Positions 26,330 to 35,882 of a stretch of DNA of 51,682 nucleotides are shown here, in pieces. The DNA lies in the NCBI GenBank assembly GCA_039715055.1, contig JBDLID010000004.1, positions 1 to 51,682 on the forward strand, read 5' to 3'. The translations under genes and the position numbers were made by a program. Position 1 is the stretch's first letter, and the number at the start of each line of letters is the position of its first letter. Source of the DNA: Thermodesulfobacteriota bacterium (GTDB taxonomy: Bacteria; Desulfobacterota; Desulfobulbia; Desulfobulbales; Desulfocapsaceae). The notes beneath the pieces were generated by a model. It saw only the letters and a program-made list of their open reading frames with translations. It did not search any database and was not told the DNA's origin.

Positions 26330-27180
26330 AATTTACAAAATATCATGCACTGGGAAATGATTACCTGGTGATCAACCCGCAAGAACTGGCATCTGAGCTG
26401 ACAAGGAAGGCCATCACTCTTCTCTGTCACAGAAATTTTGGTGTGGGATCAGACGGCCTTCTGCTTGGTCCGCTGAAAAGTATGCGATGTGATTTCGGCT
26501 TGAAAATATTTAATCCCGATGGAAGTGAAGCGGAAAAGAGCGGCAACGGGTTGCGTATTTTTGCGCGCTGGTTGTGGGATGAAGGTCGCGTTGGTACAAA
26601 ACCGTTTAGTGTGGAAACAGACGGCGGGATCGTATCCTGCACTGTCGAAGATGATGGCAGAAATGTTACAGTTGAAATGGGAGAGGTCATTTTTGAGCGA
26701 ATCAACGAGACAATAGCGGTTGAAGACCAGGTCATGACCATCTGTACCGCATCTGTTGGTAACCCTCACTGTGTTGTCCTCTCCGAGCTCCCAACCGCAG
26801 CGCTGGCTCAAAAGTATGGTCCAATTATTGAAGTTGATCCACTGTTTCCAAACCGTACGAACGTGCAGTTCATACGTGTCATTGATCGCAATACCATCCA
26901 GCTTGAAATCTGGGAACGCGGGGCTGGCTATACGCTCGCCTCGGGCAGCAGCAGTACCGCAGCAGCGGCAGTTGCCTACAAGCTTGGTTTATGCGACCCG
27001 GATATCACTGTTCAGATGGTTGGGGGAGAAATCGAAATAGAGTTGAATGAAGCATTTCTTGCTACAATGCGAGGTCCGGTAATCAAGGTATGCAATGGCG
27101 TCATAGCAGATGAGATGTTTGAAACACTCGTAACAATTCAGCAGCACCCACATTGTGGCCGATCAGGCCGCCTCGAGTAG
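26326..27180 (+). CDS. Diaminopimelate-epimerase (DapF) family protein in which both catalytic cysteines are replaced by serine.
   Basis: N-terminus [17 protein letters not shown] matches DapF [38 protein letters not shown] matches [42 protein letters not shown] matches [20 protein letters not shown]. The start is at the ATG at 26326. Confidence 0.75.
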   Translation: [284 protein letters not shown]

Positions 27181-27250
27181 CACAAGTGCGCTTCGTCAGC
27201 CTGCTTGACCACACTGCATGCCCTGCTGAACAGTTACAAACACTCTTACA

Positions 27251-27739
27251 ATGATCAGAGCAGCAATTAAGGGCGAGGCCACAATTCTCACCAGAATCTC
27301 ATTTGAATCCAAGGGGCACTGGAACTACCCCAAAAAATATTTTGATATCTGGGAAAGTGAACTGACGATACGACCTGACGATATTGTGGAAAATCACGTC
27401 TATGTCGTAGAAAACAATGGTGACATCGTAGGATATTATTCAGTTACTGAACTCCGCCAGGATAGGCAACTATTCGAGATGAAGTTAGAAAAAGGATTCT
27501 GGCTTGAACATATGTTTGTGCTCTCCTCCAATATCGGTCAAGGCTTTGGGACAGAGATGTTTGAGCATCTCCGAGAATGGTGTAAATCACACCGGGTGAA
27601 CAGATTGTTCATTCTTGCAGACCCTAACGCCAAAGGATTTTACGAAAAAATGGAGTGTGAATATCAGGAGGATTTTCCTTCTACTGTCGCAAATCGGACG
27701 ACACCGCTTTTCACCTTGGACATTGAACCACAGGAGTAA
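27251..27739 (+). CDS. GNAT-family N-acetyltransferase.
   Basis: GNAT motif A is GQGFGTEMF, 162 aa. Confidence 0.7.
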   Translation: MIRAAIKGEATILTRISFESKGHWNYPKKYFDIWESELTIRPDDIVENHVYVVENNGDIVGYYSVTELRQDRQLFEMKLEKGFWLEHMFVLSSNIGQGFGTEMFEHLREWCKSHRVNRLFILADPNAKGFYEKMECEYQEDFPSTVANRTTPLFTLDIEPQE

Positions 27740-28011
27740 GGCCGGGATGGCGCAGCGTAGCTCATCATGACAATGAAAGGCCAGAGAAGCAAGGTATGTG
27801 ATGGAAATATTTCGGCTGAAATTTTTAACACAAGTTGAGTAGGATAGGTATGAGAAGAAAAGATAAGGAAATCACTGACAGATCTGTTATCGAGACCATT
27901 ATTTCCAATTCAACTGCCTGCAGGGTACCTTGAGTCGTTACTGATCTGACTCAGCAGATATCCCGCACCCGGTCCTGAACTGCGCCAAAGAAAACCCGGA
28001 AGTTACTGACA

Positions 28012-28413
28012 ATGGAGAAAGCAATGAATCAAATTGATTTTTATGAGGCAAAACTAAAATACGAAACTGATTCCTGGGATTTATCAGAAGCCTTGAAAAA
28101 CAATGACAACGTGGTCGTAATCGATGCACGGTCGATAGAAGCGTATGAAATCGATCATATCCCCTCAGCAATCAGCTTTCCTCACAGGACCATGTCCGAG
28201 AAAACAACTGTCAATCTGGACAAATCAAAAACATATGTCACCTACTGTGATGGAATAGGCTGCAATGCGTCTACAAAGGGCGCGGCAAACCTTGCCAGAC
28301 TCGGTTTTAACGTAAAGGAACTTTTGGGCGGCCTGGAGTGGTGGAAAAGAGATGGGTATGCAACTGTTGGGAAAAATGGCATTGAAGGCAAGAGCACTGC
28401 TTGCGGCTGCTGA
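28012..28413 (+). CDS. Single-domain rhodanese-like sulfurtransferase.
   Basis: Rhodanese fold with an active-site Cys loop (YCDGIGCNASTKGA), 133 aa. Confidence 0.7.
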   Translation: MEKAMNQIDFYEAKLKYETDSWDLSEALKNNDNVVVIDARSIEAYEIDHIPSAISFPHRTMSEKTTVNLDKSKTYVTYCDGIGCNASTKGAANLARLGFNVKELLGGLEWWKRDGYATVGKNGIEGKSTACGC

Positions 28414-28786
28414 CAATGGTGGAATAATAAGAATTAAGGTGGCCGTCGGGCCTGACCGGAAACTGGCAATTACGCCTGCGGGCCGGGGAGTACTGTCCGG
28501 TCAGAAAAAATGGCTGGCGATTGAAGAATATGACAGATGGCTCGGAGGAGTTCATCTGTCATATACCAATACCTGGTGTTGGGACGAGACTGTAAAATAA
28601 ATTGTGTAAATGAGTATCGCTTGGTCTGAGTCCGGAATTCTATATATCTATCCATTAACTCTATTTATCCGCAGTACCCTTCTTTCAAATCATCCTCGCC
28701 TCCTCCAGATTTTTTCAACACCGGAAACATTCTCCCTTGTTACAACCTTAGCTACACTTGTCAATCGGAAGAGATCATTTACCCCC

Positions 28787-28815
28787 TTGACAAATTAGAG
28801 TAATTGCTCTAATTA
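28787..28815 (+). promoter_or_regulatory. Sigma70-like promoter TTGACA-N17-TAATTA. A perfect palindrome TTAGAG-TAATTG-CTCTAA (28795-28812) overlaps it and is a candidate operator upstream of the B12-rSAM gene.
   Basis: Hexamers and the 6-bp inverted arms were read from the sequence, about 45 bp upstream of the rSAM ATG, which has a GGAG SD. Confidence 0.4.
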
Positions 28816-28858
28816 TTTCTCCAGCTAAGATCCCAACTCAATACAGCCGGAGAATATC

Positions 28859-30217
28859 ATGCGAATTCTACTCATTCAGCCAGCAAGCAGCATTGGATTC
28901 ATAGATCAGGTTTATATGCACGAACCTTTAGCTTTAGAATATCTTGGGGCCGGCCTGAAATTGGATGATCATGATGTTCTATTATTAGATGGTCGTATCG
29001 ATACAGATCTATTATCCAGAGGGCAAGAGTTCCAGCCTGATATCGTCGCACTGACCGGCTATACCAGCCAGGTGAACATCATCATAGAACTTGCTCGAAA
29101 ATTCAAAGCCATCTCCCCTGCCCCTTTCGTGGTTGTCGGTGGGCATCATGCCACTGTTCGACCAGTTGATTTCAATCTCCCTGCCATTGATCTGACGGTA
29201 ATCGGCGAGGGGGTGACGACACTTAGGGAAATTGCCGGTAAGCTTGCAGCAAGACAGGATTTCAATGCTGTTGACGGATTGGCTATTCCCGGAGACAAAC
29301 AACGGTTCACCCGGGCACGCCCACACTGCAGCCTCAATGATCTTCCAATGCCTGATCGTTCCCTGACGGCCCGCTATCGAAGCCACTATTTCAGTGAATG
29401 GCTGCAGCCTCTTGCCTCTATCCGAACTTCACTGGGATGTGTTGGTCGTTGTAATTTCTGTGCGCTATGGTCACTCACCGACGGCAGATACCTGAAGCGA
29501 AATCCGGAGAAAGTCATTGAGGAGCTTAAAACAATAAATGAAAAGAACGTTTTCTTCTGTGATGATGAATCAATGTGTGACGTGAAGAGAATGGAAATAT
29601 TAGCTGATCTGATACGCGAAAATGGAATTAAAAAGCATTATTTTCTCTATGCCCGGGCAGATACCGTAGTTCGCCATCCGCAACTGTTTGAAAAATGGCG
29701 GGATGTGGGGTTGCGCCAGGTATTTGTTGGAATGGAGAGTTTCTCAGATTCGCATTTGCAGGCGATGAACAAGGGAATCACCTTAGAGCAACAAGAAGAA
29801 GCCGTACATGTCCTGAGAGAGTTGGGGATAATGCTTTATGCTTCTTTTGTTGTAGATCCTGACTTTTCTCATGAGGACTTCGGATCTCTGACACAATATG
29901 TACGTCGTTTACAGCTGAACCATGCCTCCTTTTCAATCCTGACACCGTTACCCGGGACAAAGATGTGGGAAGAACGACAAAATGATTTACTTCCATACCG
30001 TCCGGAGCTGTTTGATTTTATCCATACAGTTCTACCGACTCGGTTGCCGTTTCCTGAATTTTATACCGAATTTGCCCTTCTCTGGCAAAACGCTGTCCCA
30101 CCATATCGTGCACTCAAGACTTTCTCTCGCTATGGCCTGAAGAGATTGCCTGGAGTCTTTCGGCTCTTAAGCAAGGCAACATCAACCATGCGCCGGGCAC
30201 ATCTGGACCACTGTTAG
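28859..30217 (+). CDS. Cobalamin (B12)-binding domain radical SAM enzyme (class B rSAM).
   Basis: A B12-binding Rossmann-like N-terminus is followed by the CxxxCxxC radical SAM motif (CVGRCNFC), 452 aa. Confidence 0.85.
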   Translation: MRILLIQPASSIGFIDQVYMHEPLALEYLGAGLKLDDHDVLLLDGRIDTDLLSRGQEFQPDIVALTGYTSQVNIIIELARKFKAISPAPFVVVGGHHATVRPVDFNLPAIDLTVIGEGVTTLREIAGKLAARQDFNAVDGLAIPGDKQRFTRARPHCSLNDLPMPDRSLTARYRSHYFSEWLQPLASIRTSLGCVGRCNFCALWSLTDGRYLKRNPEKVIEELKTINEKNVFFCDDESMCDVKRMEILADLIRENGIKKHYFLYARADTVVRHPQLFEKWRDVGLRQVFVGMESFSDSHLQAMNKGITLEQQEEAVHVLRELGIMLYASFVVDPDFSHEDFGSLTQYVRRLQLNHASFSILTPLPGTKMWEERQNDLLPYRPELFDFIHTVLPTRLPFPEFYTEFALLWQNAVPPYRALKTFSRYGLKRLPGVFRLLSKATSTMRRAHLDHC

Positions 30218-30230
30218 AAAATCGGCTACT

Positions 30231-30845
30231 ATGCTGCCGATGACAGCAAAAGCCAAAATCAAAACGCGTGAGAAAATCCTGGAGAAAGCTTTACAGCTCT
30301 TTAATGAAAGAGGAACTGCTGCGGTGACGACAAACCACATCTCCGCAGCCATTGGTATCAGTCCAGGCAATCTCTACTACCATTTCCACAATCGTGAGGA
30401 GATCATTCGAGAGATATTCTCTATGATGGAGGAAGAAAGTCGTGAAGGTTTCGGGCCTATTGCATCTGAGGCTCATGGACTCGGCCTTCAGGCGTTTGAG
30501 GAAACTTTCCGATTCATCCAGCAATTCAACCAACGCTTTATATTCTTTAAAAGAGAGTTGCCGATACTGCTGATGCGTGACCCTGAACTGCGAGTGAGTT
30601 TTGAAAAAGTCCACCAGGAGACCCTGGAGCTGATTCGTACTCTTGTCGATGGTGCTGTTGCCGGAGGGATATTGCGTCCACTTGAAACTGAGGAGAGACA
30701 ACTGCTCACCGAGATGAGTTGGATGCTGACTCTTTTCTGGCCCAATTATCTCGAAATATCAGGCCAGGACAATTCTCAAGAGGGGCTTGAACGTGGAATC
30801 GCCATGATCCGATTACTTGTCAATGGGTTTAAAGCAGGTGAGTAA
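30231..30845 (+). CDS. TetR/AcrR-family transcriptional regulator.
   Basis: N-terminal TetR HTH (LFNERGTAAVTTNHISAAIGISPGNLYYHF), 204 aa. Confidence 0.85.
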   Translation: MLPMTAKAKIKTREKILEKALQLFNERGTAAVTTNHISAAIGISPGNLYYHFHNREEIIREIFSMMEEESREGFGPIASEAHGLGLQAFEETFRFIQQFNQRFIFFKRELPILLMRDPELRVSFEKVHQETLELIRTLVDGAVAGGILRPLETEERQLLTEMSWMLTLFWPNYLEISGQDNSQEGLERGIAMIRLLVNGFKAGE

Positions 30846-30857
30846 GAAGTAACGATC

Positions 30858-31268
30858 ATGGCAAATTCTCTACTATCCGGCGAAACCAGCCTCACAACAC
30901 TACTGCAGAGTATGAATCCAGTACTTCGCCCAGGGGAGTTTGTCTTTTGCTCCATCGATCCGGACGCAGTTGCCGGCCTTTCCGGCACGCCCATTTGCCA
31001 GTTTACCGAAGAAGAGGGGCTGACGGTCATCATGCAAAAAGAAGACGCCGAAAAGAGCAGCCTGCAATATGGTTATGTTTCTAAAATGATCACCATAGGC
31101 GTTCACTCAAGCCTTGATGCAGTGGGATTTCTTGCCGCGATAACCGGTAAATTGGCAGCACATGGCATCAGCGTCAATGCGGTTTCAGCATTTTATCACG
31201 ATCACCTCTTTGTTCCGCCTGACAATGCCGATGAAGCCATGGAAATTTTAAATAGTCTGTCAAAGTAG
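30858..31268 (+). CDS. ACT-domain-containing small regulatory protein.
   Basis: The C-terminal ACT-like fold pattern is ITIGVHSSLDAVGFLAAITGKLAAHGISVNAVSAFYHDHLFV. Confidence 0.55.
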   Translation: MANSLLSGETSLTTLLQSMNPVLRPGEFVFCSIDPDAVAGLSGTPICQFTEEEGLTVIMQKEDAEKSSLQYGYVSKMITIGVHSSLDAVGFLAAITGKLAAHGISVNAVSAFYHDHLFVPPDNADEAMEILNSLSK

Positions 31269-31516
31269 AGCCGCAATCACTGTCCCCTCCATCCACCAAA
31301 GAAGCTCACTGTTTTACCTGGGAGAACTGAGTTCAAAAAACAGCGCCGGAAAATATTCATACCTGGCCCGGACCTGTTCTTGCTAAATTCATAGCTTCGC
31401 CTCAAGTTATTGATTATTATTATGTCACTCAGCAGCTGATCGTACAGGCTTGAAATGATAGTGATCATCCCGGATTTTTCGTTTTCAAGGTAGCCTTAAA
31501 CCAATTGAGGTTTCTC

Positions 31517-32152
31517 ATGACTCTTCTGACCACCACCATCAAGCACATGCGGCAGGAAAAGGCATGGCAGAACAAACATAACCCCAAGGCCCCTAAAGAG
31601 GGTGACTCTGCACCGGATTTTGAGCTGCTGGCTGTTGACGGTACTACGCCTTTTCGTCTATCTGATTATCGCAGCAAAAAACCGGTGGCCCTTGTTTTCG
31701 GCTCTATTTCCTGACCCCCCTTTGTTAAAGGGACCGTGAGTCTCGGACAACTGTTCAAACGATATCAGGACCAGGTTCAGTTTGTTATGATCTACATCAG
31801 GGAGGCGCACCCGGTGGATGGCTGGACTTTCGGCCATGGAATAATGGCCGGAATGATCCAGTCATATGCTCCGCATACAAATTTTGAAATCCAGGATCCT
31901 CAAACAATCGAGGAAAGGCGTCGCATAGCCGACAGTTGTCAGGCCAAACTCCAGTACGGCTTCACGACCATTGTTGATGAAATGGACGACAGGGTCAACA
32001 AACTCTATGCCGCTCAACCAACTCGGCTCTATCTCATCGGCCTGGATGGCAAAGTCGCCTATGGTGGTGGAGGCGGTCCGCTGGGATTCAAGCCGGCCAG
32101 GCTTGGCGAGGCAATAGAGAGTTACCTGGAAGAACAACAGAAAGTATCTTGA
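31517..32152 (+). CDS. Deiodinase-like (thioredoxin-fold) selenoprotein with an in-frame UGA (Sec) at 31712-31714. The two ORF-track entries 31505..31714 and 31736..32152 are one gene.
   Basis: Both ORFs share a frame and are separated only by TGA, with no other stop until 32152. The motif KPVALVFGSIS-U-PPFVKG matches the iodothyronine-deiodinase active site FGS(A/C)T-U-PPF. The start is set at ATG 31517 with a GAGG SD. Confidence 0.7.
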
Positions 32153-32226
32153 TCGTGGGTCTAAGGCAGGTGAGTAACAACAGGAGCTGGAGTAAGGTTG
32201 CGTTCACCTGTCTGCCGAGTATGACA

Positions 32227-34656
32227 TCACGACCGCAAATGGCCAGTGGCCAATTTGTGAAAAACAGATTCAACAGCTTCAGGGACAAATGGTTTTGAAA
32301 GGTAGGCATCCATACCCGCTGCCAGACATTTTTCTTTGTCACCACTCATGGCATTTGCCGTCATGGCGACAATAGGAACGTGGCCACCGGATAGGCGGGA
32401 AGCGAGTTGCATGGCCAGATCCTCTACCACCCCTTCCACCTGATTTCCGCATTCTGCGTCACGGATAATTCTGGTACAGGTCAAGCCATCCATCACCGGC
32501 ATCTGTACATCCATTAAAACCACATCATAATTTTGTTTTGCCAGTAAATTCAGCGCCTGCAGGCCGTCATGAGCCTCGCTGATGCGGTGATCATTTTTCT
32601 CCAGAACCATTCTTGCCAGAATCATATTTGGTTCGTTATCATCCACCAGCAATACAGATTGGGGAGGAACCGGTCCTTTTTCACTGGATCCTTTCCTGGA
32701 ACTGGCAGGTAACTCCCTGACATCACATGGTTGAAGGCAGAGGGTAAACATGAATGTGGAGCCCAGGGAAGAGCTGCCTGCCAGCTCGATATCTCCCCCC
32801 ATAAGGTGGCACAATTCCCGACAAATCGCCAGACCGAGACCTGTACCACCGAAAATTGTGGTTATGGAGCCGCTTTCCTGGATAAACTTACCAAAAATAT
32901 TTTCCTGCTCATCAATCCCGATACCTATGCCGGTATCCTGGACAAGACATTGAAGCAGAAGCGATCCATCAGGCAATGTCGAACTATCAACAAAAAGTTC
33001 GATATATCCCTGCTCTGTAAATTTAACACTGTTGCTCAGCAGGTTGAGCAGGATCTGTCTCAATCTCAGAGCATCGCCTATGGCTGCCTGTGGAACATCC
33101 GGAGCAATTGTGCATCTCAGTTCCACCCCCTTATCCGTGTCTTCCAGAAGGACATGGATGGTTTTAAGACACGTCTCAACAGTTTCGTGGAGATCAAAAG
33201 GTTTATTGTCAATTCTCAGCTCCCCGGCCTCAATTTTTGAGAAATCAAGGATATCACTGATCAAAGCCAGGAGATTATCAGCCGAACTGGAAATCATTTC
33301 CAGATGGGATCGGGTTTCCCGGTCAAGTTTGTTATCAAGCGCTAAACGAGTCCGGCCAATGATCGAATTCATGGGGGTACGTATCTCATGGCTCATATTG
33401 GCAAGAAAACTTGATTTTGCCTGACTGGCTGTCTCGGCCTCGTCCCTGGCCTTCCGAAGTCCTGTCTCTGCCTCCTTAAGCCATGAAATATCAGAAACCA
33501 TTGCAATGGACCCGATTTTTTTGCTCTGAGCATCATAGAGTGGAATGGCATTAACCAGGCATGGAACCAGTGAACCGTCATTTTTAGATACACTGATCTC
33601 ATAGGATCCCTGTTTACCAAGGTCCCTTTGAGTGCGCTCCTCCGTCAAAATGGCCTGGTTCTCATCATCCAGAAACTCCATGATTGAATGTCCGACAATA
33701 TCTTTCTCTTCTCGCCCGAAGATCTCTGCCAACCTGGGATTGATCTTTTCTGTAATGGCTTCGTTATCCCCCTGCCAGAAGCCCTGGGTAGAGGTTTCAA
33801 GAATAGAGGTCAACTGATTAGTTGTTAGCTGTAAATCCCGGGTACGGGCCTCCACCATTTTTTCAAGGTTGCGACTGTATGTCTTGTTTTGAGAAGAGAA
33901 TTCCAGCAGTGAGGAGGACATCCGGTTAAATGAATCGGTGAGTTTACCGATTTCATCAGCCGATGAAACAGGAATCGATACACCAAATTTTCCGTGAGCA
34001 ATATCTTCTGCATAGTCGGCCAAGGCAACAATTGGCCGGGTAATTCTCCTGGAAACAAAAAGGCAGGTGAGACAACTGAGAAGAACGATAATGAGACCAA
34101 CCCTGAGATTGTAAACGATAATATCTTTTTTCTGGCGACTGATGCTCTCCAGCGAACCGCCAAGAGAAATCATCCAGGTTTCATTGCCGATAGCAATGGG
34201 TTCAGTTATCAGAAAAGTTGTCTGGTCAAGAAGAGACAAGCCTGGCTTCTCACACTGTCGTTTGTGATCGCTGGACTTTTTCAAGCAATTTACTCTCTCG
34301 TCCTGACCTCGACCAATGTAGACCTCATGATCGGGGTTAAGAATGGTCAGCCAGAGAACCTCTTCCGACTGTATTTCACTGTCGAGTAATGTTTCGATAA
34401 AATCCCAGTTCAGTGTGTAAAAAGCACTCTGTACAGCAAAGGCGACCTGCTTGGCAATCGTCTGGTTGCGGTTGAGCAGATCCTGTCGCTTGGAGCTTGT
34501 AAGACTATGGATGGAATGCCATGAGAGCGCACTTATGGAGACGATGAGGATAAGAACGATGGGAAGGAAAATACGTAAAAAGAGCTTGCCCTGTCGTTTC
34601 CTGTCTGGATTGGAACTTTTTGTCATTGTGAAAGCTTTGCGAGCAATAATGGCCAA
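32227..34656 (-). CDS. Hybrid sensor histidine kinase/response regulator: transmembrane, HAMP, PAS, HisKA, HATPase_c and REC.
   Basis: The H-box is MSHEIRTPMNSIIG. ATPase motifs include GTGLGLAICREL. The C-terminal REC has VLLVDDNEPN...DVVLMDVQMP. Confidence 0.85.
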   Translation of the reverse strand: MAIIARKAFTMTKSSNPDRKRQGKLFLRIFLPIVLILIVSISALSWHSIHSLTSSKRQDLLNRNQTIAKQVAFAVQSAFYTLNWDFIETLLDSEIQSEEVLWLTILNPDHEVYIGRGQDERVNCLKKSSDHKRQCEKPGLSLLDQTTFLITEPIAIGNETWMISLGGSLESISRQKKDIIVYNLRVGLIIVLLSCLTCLFVSRRITRPIVALADYAEDIAHGKFGVSIPVSSADEIGKLTDSFNRMSSSLLEFSSQNKTYSRNLEKMVEARTRDLQLTTNQLTSILETSTQGFWQGDNEAITEKINPRLAEIFGREEKDIVGHSIMEFLDDENQAILTEERTQRDLGKQGSYEISVSKNDGSLVPCLVNAIPLYDAQSKKIGSIAMVSDISWLKEAETGLRKARDEAETASQAKSSFLANMSHEIRTPMNSIIGRTRLALDNKLDRETRSHLEMISSSADNLLALISDILDFSKIEAGELRIDNKPFDLHETVETCLKTIHVLLEDTDKGVELRCTIAPDVPQAAIGDALRLRQILLNLLSNSVKFTEQGYIELFVDSSTLPDGSLLLQCLVQDTGIGIGIDEQENIFGKFIQESGSITTIFGGTGLGLAICRELCHLMGGDIELAGSSSLGSTFMFTLCLQPCDVRELPASSRKGSSEKGPVPPQSVLLVDDNEPNMILARMVLEKNDHRISEAHDGLQALNLLAKQNYDVVLMDVQMPVMDGLTCTRIIRDAECGNQVEGVVEDLAMQLASRLSGGHVPIVAMTANAMSGDKEKCLAAGMDAYLSKPFVPEAVESVFHKLATGHLRS

Positions 34657-34668
34657 TACGGTGGGAAG

Positions 34669-35535
34669 TTAAGCCAGGATTTTTTCACCGGGCTGAGCAA
34701 CCAGTACCTGGATCTGGGGGTTTACTTCTGCCATCCTGGTAAGAAACCCTTTGGCATCAGGCTCAAGAACTGGGAAAGTGGAGTAATGCTCCGGAATAAC
34801 AACCGAAGGGCGGATCATTCCGCAGGCATGGGCTGCCTCTTTCGGCCCCATGGTGAAAACCCCGCCGATGGGAAGGATCGCCAGGTCAGGCTGGTAAAAA
34901 TCTCCGACCACATATTTCATATCAGCCATGAGCCCGGTGTCTCCGGAGTGATAAATTTTATATCCATTTTCGAATTCCAGGATATAGCCGACGGCCCTGC
35001 CCATGAATTTATTCATTCCGGTAAAATTTGTCAGCTGGGCACCGGATGAATGTTCTGCTGTCACCATGGAAATTTTTATACCATGGTAATCGTGTGTTCC
35101 CCCGACATTGGAAAGCTGGTAGGTCATGCACTTGGCTGTGGGAATCTCCTGCTTGGTAAAAATGGATAATTCCCAGGGAGCAATGACGTCAGGGGAATAT
35201 TTAGCTATGAGCTTTTTCACATCAGACAACATAAAATGATCCACATGGCCGTGGGTAAAAAGGATCAGGTCAACCTTGTCAAAACCGTTAAACGATCTGT
35301 ATTCAGAGGGTAATTTAGGATTTGTGCTGATCCATGGATCGAGCAGGATCACCTTTCCCTGTGGTGAGGTAAATTTAAAAGAACCATGGCCAAGCCACTC
35401 TACCTGGACCTCTTTCTTTCCTTGAAAAGGTTGTTTCTGCGAATCCTGCTTACCACCAAAGGCCAGTTTCGGTAAACCAAGCGCCGCCATACTCAAACAA
35501 AGAGAGGAGAGAAATTCTTTTCTGGTCAATTGCAT
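34669..35535 (-). CDS. MBL-fold metallo-hydrolase with an N-terminal signal peptide.
   Basis: The metallo-beta-lactamase motif HxHxDH is present (LFTHGHVDHF). A signal-like N-terminus is present, 288 aa. Confidence 0.75.
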   Translation of the reverse strand: MQLTRKEFLSSLCLSMAALGLPKLAFGGKQDSQKQPFQGKKEVQVEWLGHGSFKFTSPQGKVILLDPWISTNPKLPSEYRSFNGFDKVDLILFTHGHVDHFMLSDVKKLIAKYSPDVIAPWELSIFTKQEIPTAKCMTYQLSNVGGTHDYHGIKISMVTAEHSSGAQLTNFTGMNKFMGRAVGYILEFENGYKIYHSGDTGLMADMKYVVGDFYQPDLAILPIGGVFTMGPKEAAHACGMIRPSVVIPEHYSTFPVLEPDAKGFLTRMAEVNPQIQVLVAQPGEKILA

Positions 35536-35882
35536 ATTGTTTTCTCCTTGTCCTTTCCAAAAGGGAATTTTTCAAGGTGCCCTGTAGTCTTTGAATTATC
35601 TGATAATTCTCCAGGTGGTCGCCAAATGTCTCCATTCATTATAAAATGAATAGTTTCAGAAAGATAAACTCGGGTTGGGGGAAGAATCGAGGCTATGATC
35701 TTCAGGCATCAAGACATGTGCAACATGTCGGCATGTCTTCCGATACCCACTTTATTTAACAAATTCTCTCTTGAATATCCATTTCATTCACCAGCTGACA
35801 AAAATTACCATTCAGATTGTGTTTCAAATTATGCCTTTTTTACCCATATTATTTAATTCACCCGGCACTGGCAGCTGGAAAC

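Noticed and set aside
28352-28600. 82-aa + ORF ending in ...NTWCWDETVK. It was considered as a precursor peptide for the adjacent B12-radical SAM enzyme.
   Set aside because: It starts inside the rhodanese gene in another frame. No ATG or credible RBS lies downstream of the rhodanese stop in that frame (the only option is GTG with the SD abutting). No leader-peptide hallmarks are present.
31505-32152. Interpretation of 31505..31714 plus 31736..32152 as a pseudogene or two separate genes.
   Set aside because: They share a frame and a single TGA falls exactly at the deiodinase-type FGSxxUPPF catalytic position. Selenocysteine read-through is far more parsimonious (see findings).
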